From: Glaucostegus cemiculus
Lineage: Eukaryota
Assembly (NCBI GenBank): GCA_976551045.1
Contig: CDPCPM010000010.1
Span: forward strand, 37,324,001 to 37,388,000
Length of the DNA: 64,000 bases
Direction: 5' to 3'
This document shows, in pieces, positions 26,951-40,684 of the stretch. Each line of letters starts with the position of its first letter. Positions within the stretch are counted from its first letter, which is position 1. The translations under genes were made by a program, and so were the position numbers. The notes below the pieces were generated by a model that was given only the letters and a program-made list of their open reading frames with translations, searched no databases and had not been told where the DNA came from.

Positions 26951-27162
26951 TAAAAAAAATCAAACAGAGGCTGAAAATCATCATTGTCTCTGTCTTTGGT
27001 CAGACTCGTATCCTGATTTAAAACAAAGATGCTCAGAAGTAATAGAAACAAAAAATGAAAAAAAAAAGAGAAGCCTGAAAATCGATTCCCATCCAGCGAT
27101 CCTCAAACATATCTAAACCAAACCAAATGAGTGTATCTAATTGCTTTTAAGAAGGGCCTCAC

Positions 27163-29607
27163 CTCGTTGTTCACAGTGCTGCTGTAATTGTCCAAGTTCA
27201 CACTTTCAGGTTTGTCTTTCCTGAAAAACTCATTCTGCATATAATGATTGTCTCCAGATTGCCCATGTACTTTGACGTTTGTCGACTGCAAAGTTGAACA
27301 TGACTCGTAACGAAATCGTTGAGAAAGCGGATCGCCCCCGAATACCTTGACATAATTCGGAGGTATCTGCAGGCTTCTGCTGGCCTTTTGAACTCCATTC
27401 AGAGAATTCTTTTCTCCAAAGCAGCAAAAGGAACTGCACTGCCCTCCCAATTCTTGTCTGTTTTTCTGAACCTTAACAACAAGGATAAGTAAAATAACAA
27501 AGAAAATGACAGATGTTACCCCAAATGTTATGACCAAGGAGAAGCTAAGATCGTGAGTGAACCCGGAATTTTTAGGGAAACTGTTGACACTGGCGAATGT
27601 TTCACTTTCAGTACCGACTACAGTCAATATTATCGTCACAGACGCCGAAAGTGAAGGGGCTCCATTGTCTTTTACCACAATCACCAGCTTTTGCTTCGAG
27701 GCGTCCTTGCTCATAATTCGACGGATAGTCCAAATTTCGCCAGTCTCTGGTGAAATAGTGAAAAGGTCATGATGGGTAGCCTGAAAAATTTGGAAAGAAA
27801 GCAAAGCATTTTGACCACTGTCATCGTCGGTGGCTGACAACTTGATGACTAGGTATCCTGGTTCTGCAAACCGGGATATTGATTCTGTTGCTGTTGACCC
27901 ATATTCGGGCAAAGGATTCAAGATCACCGGGGCGTTGTCATTCTGATCAAGGATAACAATTTCCACTGAAACGTTGCTGCTGAGGGGCGGGTCTCCGCAA
28001 TCCTGAACCTGAACTTGGATCTGGAAGATCTTCAATTGTTCGTAGTCAAAAGATCTCTGAGCAAAGATGACGCCGCTCTCTGAGTTAATAGAGACAAAGG
28101 AATTTGCCTGGTTGTCCTGAAGTTGAGACTCCAGAATAGAAAACTTCAATCTGGCATTCTGTCCTACATCAGGATCGAATGCATTTAAGCGTAATATAGA
28201 TGCACCAATAATATTATTCTCCATGATGTTTGACGTGTACATGGTCTGCATAAATCTTGGCGCATTGTCATTTATATCTGAAACCTCAACGCGAACAGTT
28301 TTCATGGACGTGAGAGGAGGGATTCCTGCATCCGTGCATGTTATAGTAACATCATACCTGGAGGTATTTTCGCGATCCAACTGTTGGTCAATAAGCAGCC
28401 CATAATAATTCTTCAAAGATGAATCGAGTCTAAAAGGCAATTCCTTTGAAATTTGACATTGTACTTGTCCGTTTTGTCTCGAATCCTTGTCTTCTACACT
28501 GAACAGAACAACCACCGTCCCACAGGGGGCATCTTCTAAAACTTTACTCGATAGGGATGTGAGCGTCAGCTCGGGTGCGTTATCATTGACATCGACAATG
28601 TCCAACAACACGTCACAATACACAGGCATTGAGTTCAAGCCCATGTCCGTTGCTTGTATGTTAATCTCAATTGTGTTACTTTCTTCATAATCCAAATTCC
28701 CTTTCAATATGATTTCGCCAGTTTTAGAATGAACATCAAAAAGTTTCCGTACTCGAGCAGAATTATGGCTGCTGAACGAGTAGATAATATCTCCATTGGA
28801 ACCATCGTCCAGATCAGTCGCGTTTAATTTGATAATAAGCCTTCCTTTGGGTGCCGACTCCAATAGGCTGACCTTGTAAACCGACTGAGGGAAAATAGGC
28901 ACATTATCGTTTGCATCCTTCACTGTGATGGTAAGCTGAACGCTACCTGATCTTAAAGGGACCCCGCCATCTTCTGCTACCAGAACTAATTTGTGGACGG
29001 ATACTTTTTCTCTGTCCAAGGGACTCTGCAGCACCAATACTGGTGACATCTCATTCCCATTGCGCACTTGCACATCCAAGGAGAAATATTCGTTCGGTTG
29101 GAGCTTGTACGTTTGCAAGGAGTTGGTACCAACATCCGCATCGTGCGCAGACTCGAGAAGGAATCGCGATCCCGGTGCTGCCAGCTCTGATATTTCAAAG
29201 TGGATTTGGCTCTCCGGGAAACTGGGAGCATTGTCATTTACATCGAGAATCTCCACTGAAACCTGGTACAGTTTGAGGGGATTTTCGAGCAATACATCCA
29301 ATGAAAACACACAAAGGAGGCTCGATTCACACACCCGTTCCCTGTCAATTTTTTCCTTCACAAATAAAATTCCATTGTCCAGATTGATGTCCACATATAA
29401 TTTCTTGGGACCAGATACGATCCGAGAACCTCGTGTCGAAAGCTGCTTTATATCTAAACCCAAATCGTCTGCGAGGTTCCCAACAAAGGCGCCCAGTTGC
29501 AGCTCTTCAGGAATCGAATAATGAATCGTCCCCGAAACTATATTCCACGTAGAGAACACGCAGTATAGCAATCGGCATTTTAGCAGCCAATATATTTTGT
29601 ACCTCAT
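27163..29607 (-). CDS. Clustered protocadherin variable exon V7 (closest outgroup to V8-V13)
   Basis: 6 EC plus TM; ATG at 29607 (track start 29730 is GTG); donor GAG|GTGAGG at 27163|27162; shares FQATHxDLFTIS and GGVPxRSGxVQ with V8-V13. Confidence 0.95.
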
Positions 29608-29832
29608 TTCCAGTGTGAAGCATTCCAACGTTTTATCGGACGTGACGCCACCATTGATCGTCCCTTTATTTAGATGTTTCAAGTATTTCAACCACGGTGT
29701 TCCACACTCCTGCCGAATCACAAATCGCACGGTTCATTTCATGCTCGTCTTCTGATTATGTTCAAAGTTACCAGTGGAGTCTCGCGAAAATAAAATCCTA
29801 CGGGCTGCTGGCTATGCAATTTTTCACCACGT

Positions 29833-30011
29833 CTGATCTCACATACGGGGTAGGTGGGTAATGTCGGGGCAGTCCGGATCACCAAACACATCTTAGCTTC
29901 TGATTGGTGAACACAAGCGCATTGATATTCAGCGAATCATGATGCACACCATTTCTTAAAGCCGCGTTGTCCTAAATCAGCACAGAATTATTGCATTTAT
30001 CGTTGCACAGT
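29833..30011 (-). promoter_or_regulatory. Conserved promoter module of V7
   Basis: ATTGG 29903, second box altered to CGAAT 29933, TTCTTAAAGC 29953. Confidence 0.8.
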
Positions 30012-32526
30012 TTAAATTTATATTTAAGATTTATTTCAGTATTCTGCACGTCTTGGCCTGTGGTGAAAAAATTTCGAGCTGATTCACAATGAACATTCTC
30101 AAGGTGATCTGCAGAAAGCTGCTCAAAATAAACATATAATACGTATGAACGGAATGTACTGGCTTGACTTATTGGGTGCATTCATATAATTCCATTTATT
30201 ATCCAAATATACCATAAGTAATTCAACCATGGTTTTTCTAATCCATTTGCTGCAACTTATTGTTTTCGTAAAGATAAGTTATGGCCTCTCGTTCTGTAAA
30301 AATAAACTAGTCAGTACTATTGCCCTTCCTGTGCTCCATCCCATCAATATGTCAATAACCACTAAATTGTGGCGCTAAAGAGCTAACAATAAAGTCCATT
30401 CCCAATACGACAACCACTGACCTCTAAAATTGGTAACCTTGCTTGATTATAGAGGATTTAATGCTTTGTTCCCCTTGTCCCGCTCTGAGATCCAAATTAT
30501 TTCAACAGTTTAAATGTAACTTGTACTGATAGTTGGGTCTTCAAGTTTCAGAAATAGGCATGAAAGTAATGTTTTATAATGTCAGTGTAATCTGTCATAC
30601 TTTAGGAGGTACAGAAACATCTTAATTCTTAATTTGCAATACTAATCCTTTCATACTGGCATGATGCTCTGATGCAGTAATTGCACGACCACTTTCATTC
30701 ATTTCCTTTTAGCTTTTTGAACCCATGCCAGTGGAGATTTCCTTCTTGTACTCCCGCTTGCTGATATGTAGTCATGAATCTTAAAGCATAATTTATGCAC
30801 GTTAAGATATGGTTTTTAATATGTCAATGTAACTCTTACTTAGCACGTTACAAGTGGAAACTAATCATGAACTATCAACGTGTCTTCACGAGGTTCTATG
30901 ATAGTGAAAAGTAATAACACAGCTATAAGATGCAGAATCATTGCTAAAGATCGAATAACGGATCCTTGGAAATTATTCAAAGAGATAGAAGCAACCACTA
31001 TCTTCTGGCAGTAAGACAACTCTTGTTTCATCAAGACAACCTTCAATACAACCACACATCTCCAAGTGGATTGTTGTGTAACATCCGCTGGAAAATCTAA
31101 GTTAACTTCGTACATTCTAGTTTAGTTATATCTCAACAAACCATCACTCTATATGTAGGTTTCAGGCTTTTCTTGAAAATACCATCTCAGAATGTAGGCT
31201 GCCTACTGAGATTTGCAATGATCAATATCATGTGTCATAAATATTCCAGTAGATTGATGCCTTATTATCAATATATAGGCTTTGAATATTGGCACAGCAT
31301 TATCTTCCTGGCTGATACAGATGTAATTCTATGGAAAGCATTAACAAGTCATGGTGATTTCCTTCATTGTGACTACGCTTGGTGATTCAAGTCCTACAAT
31401 CTCATGGTGCAATGGAGAATTTTGATTTTGGTTTTGTTACCCCTCAAAATACGCTAATTAAAACAGAAATCCAGGAGGTAAAAGTCAAACGTTACATCTG
31501 AACAATTTTCCTACTGATTTTGTAACTAGGGTTTGATTGTTTTCAACCCAAATATTCAAATTACCATTAATCTTTTCACTGTTAATAGTCAATTTTCTTT
31601 TTTTAAAATTCACTGGATGTGGGCGACATTGGCAACACCAGCACTTACTGTCCACTCTTCACTGTCCCTGAACCAGGAGACTGTAGAGAGTCACCACATT
31701 TCGGAAATATGCGTCACCTAAGTAACATAAGATTTGAACAGTACATAAATTGGTAGATTGCGCGTCTGCCTTCAGGGCATATTCTCCAGAAATGGGGATA
31801 ATACATTCCTTCACGTAGGCCAAGGGAAATCAATTTACCTCTGTCTAAAATCATTGTTATATTGAATCTTACGCCAATTTCTTGAGGACGCTAACGCATA
31901 TTAAACTATTAACTTTTAAACACTAAAACGATCCAAGGTCCTCTGCAATTCCTGTGAAGTCCAACAATGCAACCACAAAACATATGGAAATACTCATCAT
32001 GTCAAGCAGCACTAACGGAGAGAATCCCAGATATAACAGTCCAGACTGATCACCTTACATCGATTTAATGTAATCGACTGGAACTTGCTCTTTGTTCTCA
32101 CTCCACAGATGCTGATGTATTTTCAGTATATAGCGTTTTATTTGTTTCCGCTTTCCAGCATCTATATGGGTTTTCCCTTCGAAATTGAACTGTAAGGTGA
32201 CCTAATAAAACTGGAATGAACTGTGCTTTTGAAAGAATTACTCACGAAAAGCATGCTCAGCGGTAGCTTCGTTGTTTCTCGAAAGTAATTCAAAATATAA
32301 AGTGCAGAAAATGTGAACAAGTTATAGCACACACAGAGCACATCAATAAACTTCAGTTGGGAAGAAGGTCGGAAGAGACACATGCGGGCTTCCAGGACAT
32401 GATGTAGCAACGAAGTGGAGTTACATATAATCGTATCAAAATCATCAGAATAAAAGGAACATATGGCAATTAGGCATATAGATCAAGTTTCCAAAACAAA
32501 TTGTTTTCTTTTGCGAAGTAGCTCAC

Positions 32527-34974
32527 CTCATTACTTGTATTACAGTTGTATATGTCAGAGTTTAACATTCCCGCATTTTCTTTCCCAACGGGATTCTTTT
32601 GAGCACAGAGAACAGCTGCAGATGGTCCGCACATTCGAGGAGTTGTAAGGTCTCTCTTCACGGACTGCAATGTCGAACACGACTCGTAACGGAAACTCTG
32701 AGAAAGTGGATCACCTCCGAATACCTCAACGTAGTTCGGTGGTATCTGAAGGCTTCTGCTGGCCTTTTGAATTCCATTTAGAGAATTTCTTGTTTCGAAA
32801 CAGCAACAGAAATTTAAAGAACTGTATTGGCATCCCACACCATTCCTGCTTTTATGGACTTTCATAGCAAGGATAATTAAAATCACGAGGAAAATGATGG
32901 ATGTCGTCCCTAATGCTATAACTAAGTAAAGATTCAGATCAGGAGAGACATCACGATCTTCAGGTAAATTGGTGGCACTGGAGATCATTTCACCTCCTGT
33001 CACAGATAATACTATGGTTGCTGTGGCTGAAAGTGATGGCATTCCGTTGTCCTTTACAACAATGACCAGCCTTTGTTTTGAAGCATCCTTGCTTCCAACA
33101 CCACGAATAGTCCAAACTTCCCCTGTGTCTGCTGAAATAGTGAACAGGTCACGATGGGTAGCCTGAAAAATGTGGAAAGACAGACGGGCATTCTGACCAG
33201 CGTCGGCGTCAGTAGCTGATACCTTGACAACGAGGTATCCCGGTTCAGCAAACCTGGATATTGTCTCCATTGCTGTTGAGCCGTACTGGGGTAAAGGATG
33301 CACGATCACTGGGGCATTATCATTCTGATCAAGGATAACAACATCTACTGTAACGTTACTGGTGAGGGGCGGGTCTCCAGAATCCTGCACCTCAACTTGG
33401 ATCTGGAAAGTTTTCAATTTTTCATAGTCAAACGATCTCTGAGCAGATATGACACCAGTCTGTGAGTTGATGGAGAAATATGGGGCTGCGGATGAATTCA
33501 GTATAGTAAAGTTCAGTCGGGCATTCTGTCCTGTGTCTGGGTCGAAGGCTGTAAGGGAAAATATGGAATCCCCAATGACGTTGTTTTCCATGACCCTTGC
33601 CGTGTATACCGGCTGTGTAAACTTTGGCGCATTATCATTTACATCTGAAACCTCCACACCGATCGTTTCCTTGGATGTAAAGGGAGGGTGCCCTGCATCC
33701 GTGCAAGTTACAGTAATGTCATACCTGGAGGTGGTTTCACGGTCCAGCGTATGTTGAATAAGCAGTTCCCAATTGTTCTTTACAGCGGAATCCAACTTAA
33801 AAGGCAGGTTGTTGGGAATTTGACATTGTATTTGCCCATTTTGCCCGGAATCCATATCTTCTGCACTGAGGAGGGCGACAATAGTTCCAATAGGAGCATC
33901 TTCTGCCACGGCATTTGAAGTGGATGTCAGCGACAGATCAGGAGCGTTGTCATTCACATCGATGACATCCACCAACACATCACAGTGTTTAGGCACAGCG
34001 TCAGGGCCATTATCAACTGCCTGAATATTAATCATAAATGTTTCGCGTTGTTCATAGTCTAAATGCCCCTTCAGTCTGATTTCACCAGTTTTAGAATTGA
34101 CCCTAAATAATTCACGAACTTCGGCTGAATTATGGCTGCTGAGGGCATACGTTATCTCTCCATTGGCACCATCATCCAAATCAGTGGCGTTTAATTGAAT
34201 AATCAGAGTTCCTATGGGAGCTGATTCCAACACATCAGTCCTATAAACTGACTGGGAGAAAACAGGAGCGTTGTCGTTCGCATCCTTCACTTTTATTGTT
34301 ACCTGGACCCTGCCCGATCTCACAGGGACTCCGCCGTCTTCGGCAAGCAACGTTAACTCGTGGGTTGATATAATTTCTCTGTCCAAGGCCTCCTGGAGAA
34401 CCAACCCCGGGAACATCCCTATTCTATCGCGTTCTTGTACATCAAGAATGAAATATTCATTGGGAACGAGCTGGTATGTCTGTATGGAGTTTGTTCCAAT
34501 GTCCGGATCGTGTGCAGCTTCGAGGGGGAATCGCGTTCCCGGTGCCATAATCTCAGAGATTTCCAGGCGGATCTGGCTTTTGGAGAAACTGGGAGCGTTG
34601 TCATTTACATCGAGAATCTCCACTTCCACCTGGTGCAGACTGAGGGGATTTTCCAGCACAACGTTGAAGGATAAAACGCAGTCGGTGCTCGGCCCGCAAA
34701 GTTGTTCCCTGTCGATTTTTTCATTCACAAATAAAATCCCATTCTCCAAATTTACGTCAACATAGCGCTTCCTCGGACTGGGCGCCACCCGCAAACTACG
34801 AGCCGACAGCTGCTTTAAATCCAACCCTAAATCAATGGCGATATTCCCAACAAAGGCGCCCAGTTGTAATTCCTCGGGAACAGAATAACGAATCTGGCCA
34901 CAAACAAAATCCCAAGAGGTGAAGAAGAAGCAAAACAGTTGGTATTTCACCAGCCGGTATATGGTATCTCTCAT
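32527..34974 (-). CDS. Clustered protocadherin variable exon V8 (recent expansion group)
   Basis: 834-aa ORF, 6 EC plus TM; donor GAG|GTGAGC at 32527|32526. Confidence 0.95.
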
Positions 34975-35186
34975 TTCCAGGGGAAATCATTCCAATGGTT
35001 TCAACCCGAGACAAAGCCTTTTAACAATGATTTGATATTAATGGGACACATACGATGCAGAAAATATCTCTACCTTTTTGAAAATTGCTCTGTTGTCCTC
35101 ATTTAAATGTTCTCATGTTGTTTCCAATTCGAAATGAATCGTGTTGAAATCCTCCGGAGCTGCCGGCTGCCCAGTTTTCACGGCGT

Positions 35187-35365
35187 CTGATCTTACGCGA
35201 TGGCGGCTGGGTACTGAAGGGGGCTGTGCAGATCACCAGGCACATCTCGGCTTCTGATTGGTGGACAAGGTAGTATTCATATCTGCCCAGTTAGAAATCA
35301 GCTCATTTCTTAAAGCAAGAAGCACTGAAATTGGCACAGATTTGTTATATTTATTACTGTACAAT
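35187..35365 (-). promoter_or_regulatory. Conserved promoter module of V8
   Basis: ATTGG 35257, second box altered to CCAGT 35287, TTCTTAAAGC 35307. Confidence 0.8.
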
Positions 35366-36262
35366 TATAAATTATTTCAGCATTTTTGATTATTCAAATG
35401 TTGCTGAAATTCAGCTCCAGAACCGTGGTTTGAGGAACTACGATGCAGTGAACATTTTATCGATCAAATATGAAAGCAAAAGCCTTCAGGACTAGATCAA
35501 ACTGAACAACTCAACTGGCCTTGCTGGGAATCTAATCACAAGTATGTTTCATATGTCTTTTTTTCTTTGTGGTTTTACAATCGTCGCCACCTGTTAATTA
35601 ATACTCATGGAGCACTGTCGTCCTCCATTTTAACAGAACCAAATAATAAAAAAAAAACAACTGCTATACCGAGAGGAATAATCACTTTCATCATGATTTG
35701 CAAACGAGTAGGTCAATAGTAACTTATTTCGAAAAGAGTTATATTCTTTCCCGTCTTGCCCACAATAAACTGTCCAGTGACTTAGATTTTATCCATAGCT
35801 TTTCATAAAGCCAGCATGCAAATAATATCCATAGTTTTTTTTTCTAAAGCCAAAGCTAATGTGATTGCCTCTTGTTTAAAATGTAAACCAGAATGCATCA
35901 TGTCGACTATTAAATTTCCTTCCAACCCTGAAATGACACGAGTTCGAATGGTATTACTCTAGAAATGATCGAATATTAATTTATACCATGCTACTCTACT
36001 GACTCGAACACCAATATTCTCTCAGGTACTTGAACAGTCTCCCGTTTCATTACAGCTGTGCATTCAAGTTTAAGTTGGAATCATAGATCAACATTCCTTC
36101 ACTAATACTGGATCCAGATCTTGGAACTTCTTACACAGTAACTTTACGGAGGATCCATAAGCACAAGGATCTCACTGGTTCATGAAGGTGTCTATCCTCC
36201 AGTATTTCATGGGCAACGAGGGTTGGGTAAAGCGCTGGCCTTGCCTGTGATACCCACATCCC

Positions 36263-36280
36263 ATATATATATATATATAT
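36263..36280 (+). repeat. (AT)n microsatellite
   Basis: Directly visible. Confidence 0.85.
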
Positions 36281-37848
36281 AAGCATAACATTGATTGTTG
36301 AAGTCTCTATGAAGACTCTTCCATTTCGGATACTTCCTAAAATACCTGGACAATAATATGTGTCGGAATATTTGCTGTTGGCCACACGATGTTAATTTAT
36401 ATTCAACATTCCTTACATAAGGAGGAAGTCAGTACCCACATGGAACAAACCCAATACAAGGTTGATGCTTTGGCTTTTAACTCAGGTAACGTTCATATTT
36501 AACACATTTGCTAGGCATCGGACCTCCCCAGCAACATGTATGACAGCCAGTTCCCCGCGAATTAACTCACATTGCCAAAACCGAATCAACATCCTATTAA
36601 CAAGGGTTTCACCATTTATCAGAAACCACTGAAGTAGCAACATTAGTGTTGTAGTTATGACAGGGCACCAGAATTTGGACTTCAGGGGGTTGCACATATT
36701 CTGCCATTTGAAAGCTGCAAATCAGAATTTTGCTCGAATATTTTCCAAATACCTGAATATGTAACGGTAACAGCACCCAGAATTATCGACACTATTCATT
36801 GATTAGCAGTACATAAAATGCCTTAAATGTTCATTCAGTCCATCGCAGAATTCACTGGGATAGCCTTGTGATATATCTCAAAACTTTCTCCCAGTTCTGG
36901 CAGCGAACAAATACAAGATCATAAGGCAGTAACAGCACGACAAAGTCTCATACCAGGATATACCTCAATATTTATACGAAACATTTGAATAAGTTACATG
37001 CATGCTTTGGCTGTGAAAGGACACTATGTTTTTTTTTCTGTGTGGTTTGGGAGCTCTCCGTGAACTTTCCAAAACTAAGAATCTTGTTGGAATATTCTCC
37101 ATTAGATTGGACAGGTAACTCCAACCACACTAATAGAGTTCCACAGTGTCCAAAACGAAGCTACCAGGTTGATTAGCAGTGCATTAAGTACTTTCGATAC
37201 TTTAGACATGGAGCAAGAACATAAAAATAAAAGAAACATTCATCATGCCAAGCACCACTGATGGAGAGAACCTCAAATATAACTTTCCAGACTGATCACC
37301 TTACATCGACTTCTGATATAAGGTCATCGGCCGGAAACGTGGACTCTTGAGTTTTCGCTCCATAGATGTGGCTATGTCTTCAGTAGACAGTGTTTTAGAA
37401 ATTCCTCTTTCCAGTAACTACTTGTTTACTTTCTTTTAGTTATTACGTACAAAGCGACCTAATACATCTGAGATGAACTGTTACTTTCAAAGGAAGTGCT
37501 CAGAACAAGCATGTGCAGAAGTATGCTCGAGGCTTCTCGCAAGACAGATAAAATAGAAAGTGCAGGAAATATGGGCTAATTTTAACACTCACTGACCATT
37601 TCGAGAAACTTCAAATGGTATACAGATTCGAAAGAACATTATGCGGACTAGGCTAGCAACACATTAGAGTTATATATAATCGTACAAAGACATGAAAAAT
37701 TCAGATAAAAAGAGTACATGGCAATTAGACCTGTGGATCAACATCAGTATGCACAAAGACATGTTGAACTAGATATTTAATTCGTACCCGTAAATGCAAT
37801 GGCCCGAGTTTCCAAAAAAGGTTTGTTTCCTCTTGAGAAGTAGCTCAC

Positions 37849-40296
37849 CTCACTATTTGCACTGCAGTTGTAGATGGCAGCGTTCAGCATTCCTGCATTT
37901 TCTTTCCCAACCGGCTTCTGTTGCGCACAGGAAATAGCTGCAGATGGTCCACATGTTTTAGGAGTCGCGAAGTCTCTCTTCACGGACTGCAATGTTGAAC
38001 ACGACTCGTAACGGAAACTCTGAGAAAGTGGATCACCTCCGAATACCTCAACATAGTTCGGTGGTATCTGAAGACTTCTACTGGCCTTTTGAATTCCGTT
38101 TAGAGAATTTTTTGTTTCGTAACAGCAACAGACATTCAGAGAACTGTATTGGCATCCCACGCCATTTCTGTTGTTATAAACTTTAATCGCAAGGATAATT
38201 AAAATCACGAGGAAAATGATGGATGTCGTCCCTAATGCAATGACTAAGTAAAGATTCAGATCAGGTATAAAGTCACGATCTTCAGATAAACTGGTGGCCC
38301 TGGAGATCGTTTCACCTCCTGTCACAGATAATACTATAGTTACTGTGGCTGAAAGTGAGGGCGTTCCGTTGTCCTTTACAACAATCACCAGCCTTTGTTT
38401 TGAAGCATCCTTGCTCCCAACACCACGGATAGTCCAAACTTCCCCCGTGTCTGCTGAAATAGTGAACAGATCACGATGGGTAGCATGCAAAATGTGATAA
38501 GACAGACGGGCATTCTGACCAGAGTCAGCGTCAGTAGCTGATACCTTGACAACGAGGTATCCCGGTTCAGCAAACCTGGATATTGTCTCCACTGCTGTTG
38601 CGCCGTATTGCGGTAAAGGGTGTACGATCACTGGAGCGTTATCGTTCTGATCAAGGATAACAACATCTATTGTAACGTTACTGGTGAGGGGCGGGTCTCC
38701 AGAATCCTGCACCCGAGCTTGGATCTGGAAGTTTTTCAATCGTTCGTAGTCAAACGATCTCTGAGCAAATATGACACCAGTCTGTGAGTTGACAGAGACG
38801 TATGGGGCCATGGACGAATTCAGGATAATAAAGTTTAGTCGGGCATTCTGTCCTGTGTCTGAATCGAAGGCTGTCAGGGAGAATATGGAATCCCCGATGA
38901 CGTTGTTTTCCATGACCCTTGCCGTGTATACGGACTGCGTAAATCTTGGTGCATTATCGTTCACATCGGAAACCTCCACACGGATCGTTTTCTTGGATGT
39001 GAGTGGAGGGTTTCCTGCATCTGTGCAAGTTACAGTAATGTCATATCTGGAGGTGGTTTCACGATCCAGCGTATCTTGTATAAGCATTTTCCAATTGTTC
39101 TTTATTGATGAATCCAACTGAAAGGGGAGTTTGTTCGAAATTTGACAATGCACTTGCCCATTTTGCCCAGAATCCTTATCCTCTGCACTGAGGAGGGCGA
39201 CAATAGTTCCAACTGGAGCATTTTCTGGCACTGCATTTGACAAGGATGTCAACGACAGATCAGGAGCGTTGTCATTCACATCGATAACATCGACTAACAC
39301 ATCACAGTGCTGTGGCACTGCGTGATCGCCATTGTCGACTGCTTGTATATTAATCATAAATGTTTCTCGTTTTTCATAGTCCAGTTGCCCTTCTAGTCTG
39401 ATTTCGCCAGTTTTGGAATTCACCCCAATTAATTCACGAATTTCAGCTGAATTATGGCTGCTGAGGGTATACGTTATCTCTCCATTAGCGGCATCGTCTA
39501 TATCAGTGGCGTTTAATGTAATAATCAGCGTTTCTCTGGGAGCCGATTCTAACAAATTAACCTTATAAACCGATTGCGAGAAAACAGGCGAGTTGTCGTT
39601 CGCATCCTTCACCGTGATTGTTACCTGGACCCTGCCCGATCTCACAGGAACTCCGCCGTCTTCAGCTAAAAGCGTTAATTCGTAGGTTGATATTATTTCT
39701 CTGTCCAAGGCCGCATGGAGAACCAACACCGGGAACATCCCTATTCTATCACGTACTTGTACATCAAGAATGAAATATTCATTGGGAAGGAGCTGGTATG
39801 TCTGTACGGAGTTTGTTCCAATGTCCGAATCGTGTGCGGCTTCGAGAGGGAATCGGGCTCCCGGTGCCGTAATCTCGGAGATTTCCAGGCGGATTTGGCT
39901 TTTGGAGAAACTGGGAGCGTTGTCATTTACATCGAGAATCTCCACTTCCACCTGGTGCAGACTGAGGGGATTTTCCAGCACAACGTTGAAAGATAAAACG
40001 CAGTCGGTGCTCGGCCCGCAAAGTTGTTCCCTGTCAATTTTTTCATTCACAAATAAAATCCCATTCTCTAAATTTACGTCAACATAGCGCTTCCTCGGAC
40101 TGGGCGCCACCCGTAAACTGCGAGCCGAGAGCTGCTTTAAATCTAACCCCAAATCAATGGCGATATTCCCAACAAAGGCGCCTCGTTGCAATTCCTCGGG
40201 AACAGAATAACGAATCTGGCCATAAACAAAATCCCAAGAGGTGAATAAGCAGCAAAATAGTTGGTATTTCACCAGCCGGTATATGGTATCTCTCAT
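37849..40296 (-). CDS. Clustered protocadherin variable exon V9
   Basis: 6 EC plus TM; donor GAG|GTGAGC at 37849|37848. Confidence 0.95.
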
Positions 40297-40508
40297 TTCC
40301 AGGAGAAATCATTCCACTGGTTTCAACCCGAGACAAAGCCTTTTGACTGCGATTTGATTTTAATGGGACAAATACGATACAGAAAATATCTGTACCTTTT
40401 TGAAAATTGCTCTGTTGTCTTCATTTAAATGTTCTCATGTTGTTTCCAATTCGTAATGAATCGTGTACAGACATTGCGTAGCTGCTTGCTGCCCAGTTGT
40501 TACAGCGT

Positions 40509-40684
40509 CTGATCTTACGCGATGGCGGCTGGGTACTGAAGGGGGCTGTACAGATCACCAGGCACATCTCAGCTTCTGATTGGTGGACAATGTAATAATA
40601 TCTGCCCAATTAGAATTCAGCTCATTTCTTAAAGCAAGAGTTGCTTAATTTGGCACAGAGTTGGTATATTTATCACTGCACGAC
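40509..40684 (-). promoter_or_regulatory. Conserved promoter module of V9
   Basis: ATTGG 40579, CCAAT 40606, TTCTTAAAGC 40626. Confidence 0.8.

Noticed and set aside
29608-29730. N-terminal extensions in the ORF track (V1, V3-V7)
   Set aside because: They start at GTG or TTG; the homologous frame has an in-frame TGA in V2, V6 and V8-V13.
34778-34795. GGGTGGCGCCC in EC1 of V8-V13 as an exonic CTCF site
   Set aside because: Lacks the CCA/AG half and is explained by Arg-Val-Ala-Pro codons; a PWM scan would be needed.
35583-35597. GTCGCCACCTGTT as a sense-oriented CTCF site
   Set aside because: Half match only, and degenerate in the paralogous units.
36210-36262. GGGCAACGAGGG..GGCCTTGCCTGTGA..CCCACATCC in young spacers, with a reverse copy near 31615
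   Set aside because: Looks like an old LINE/SINE tail carried by the duplication; the family cannot be assigned by eye.
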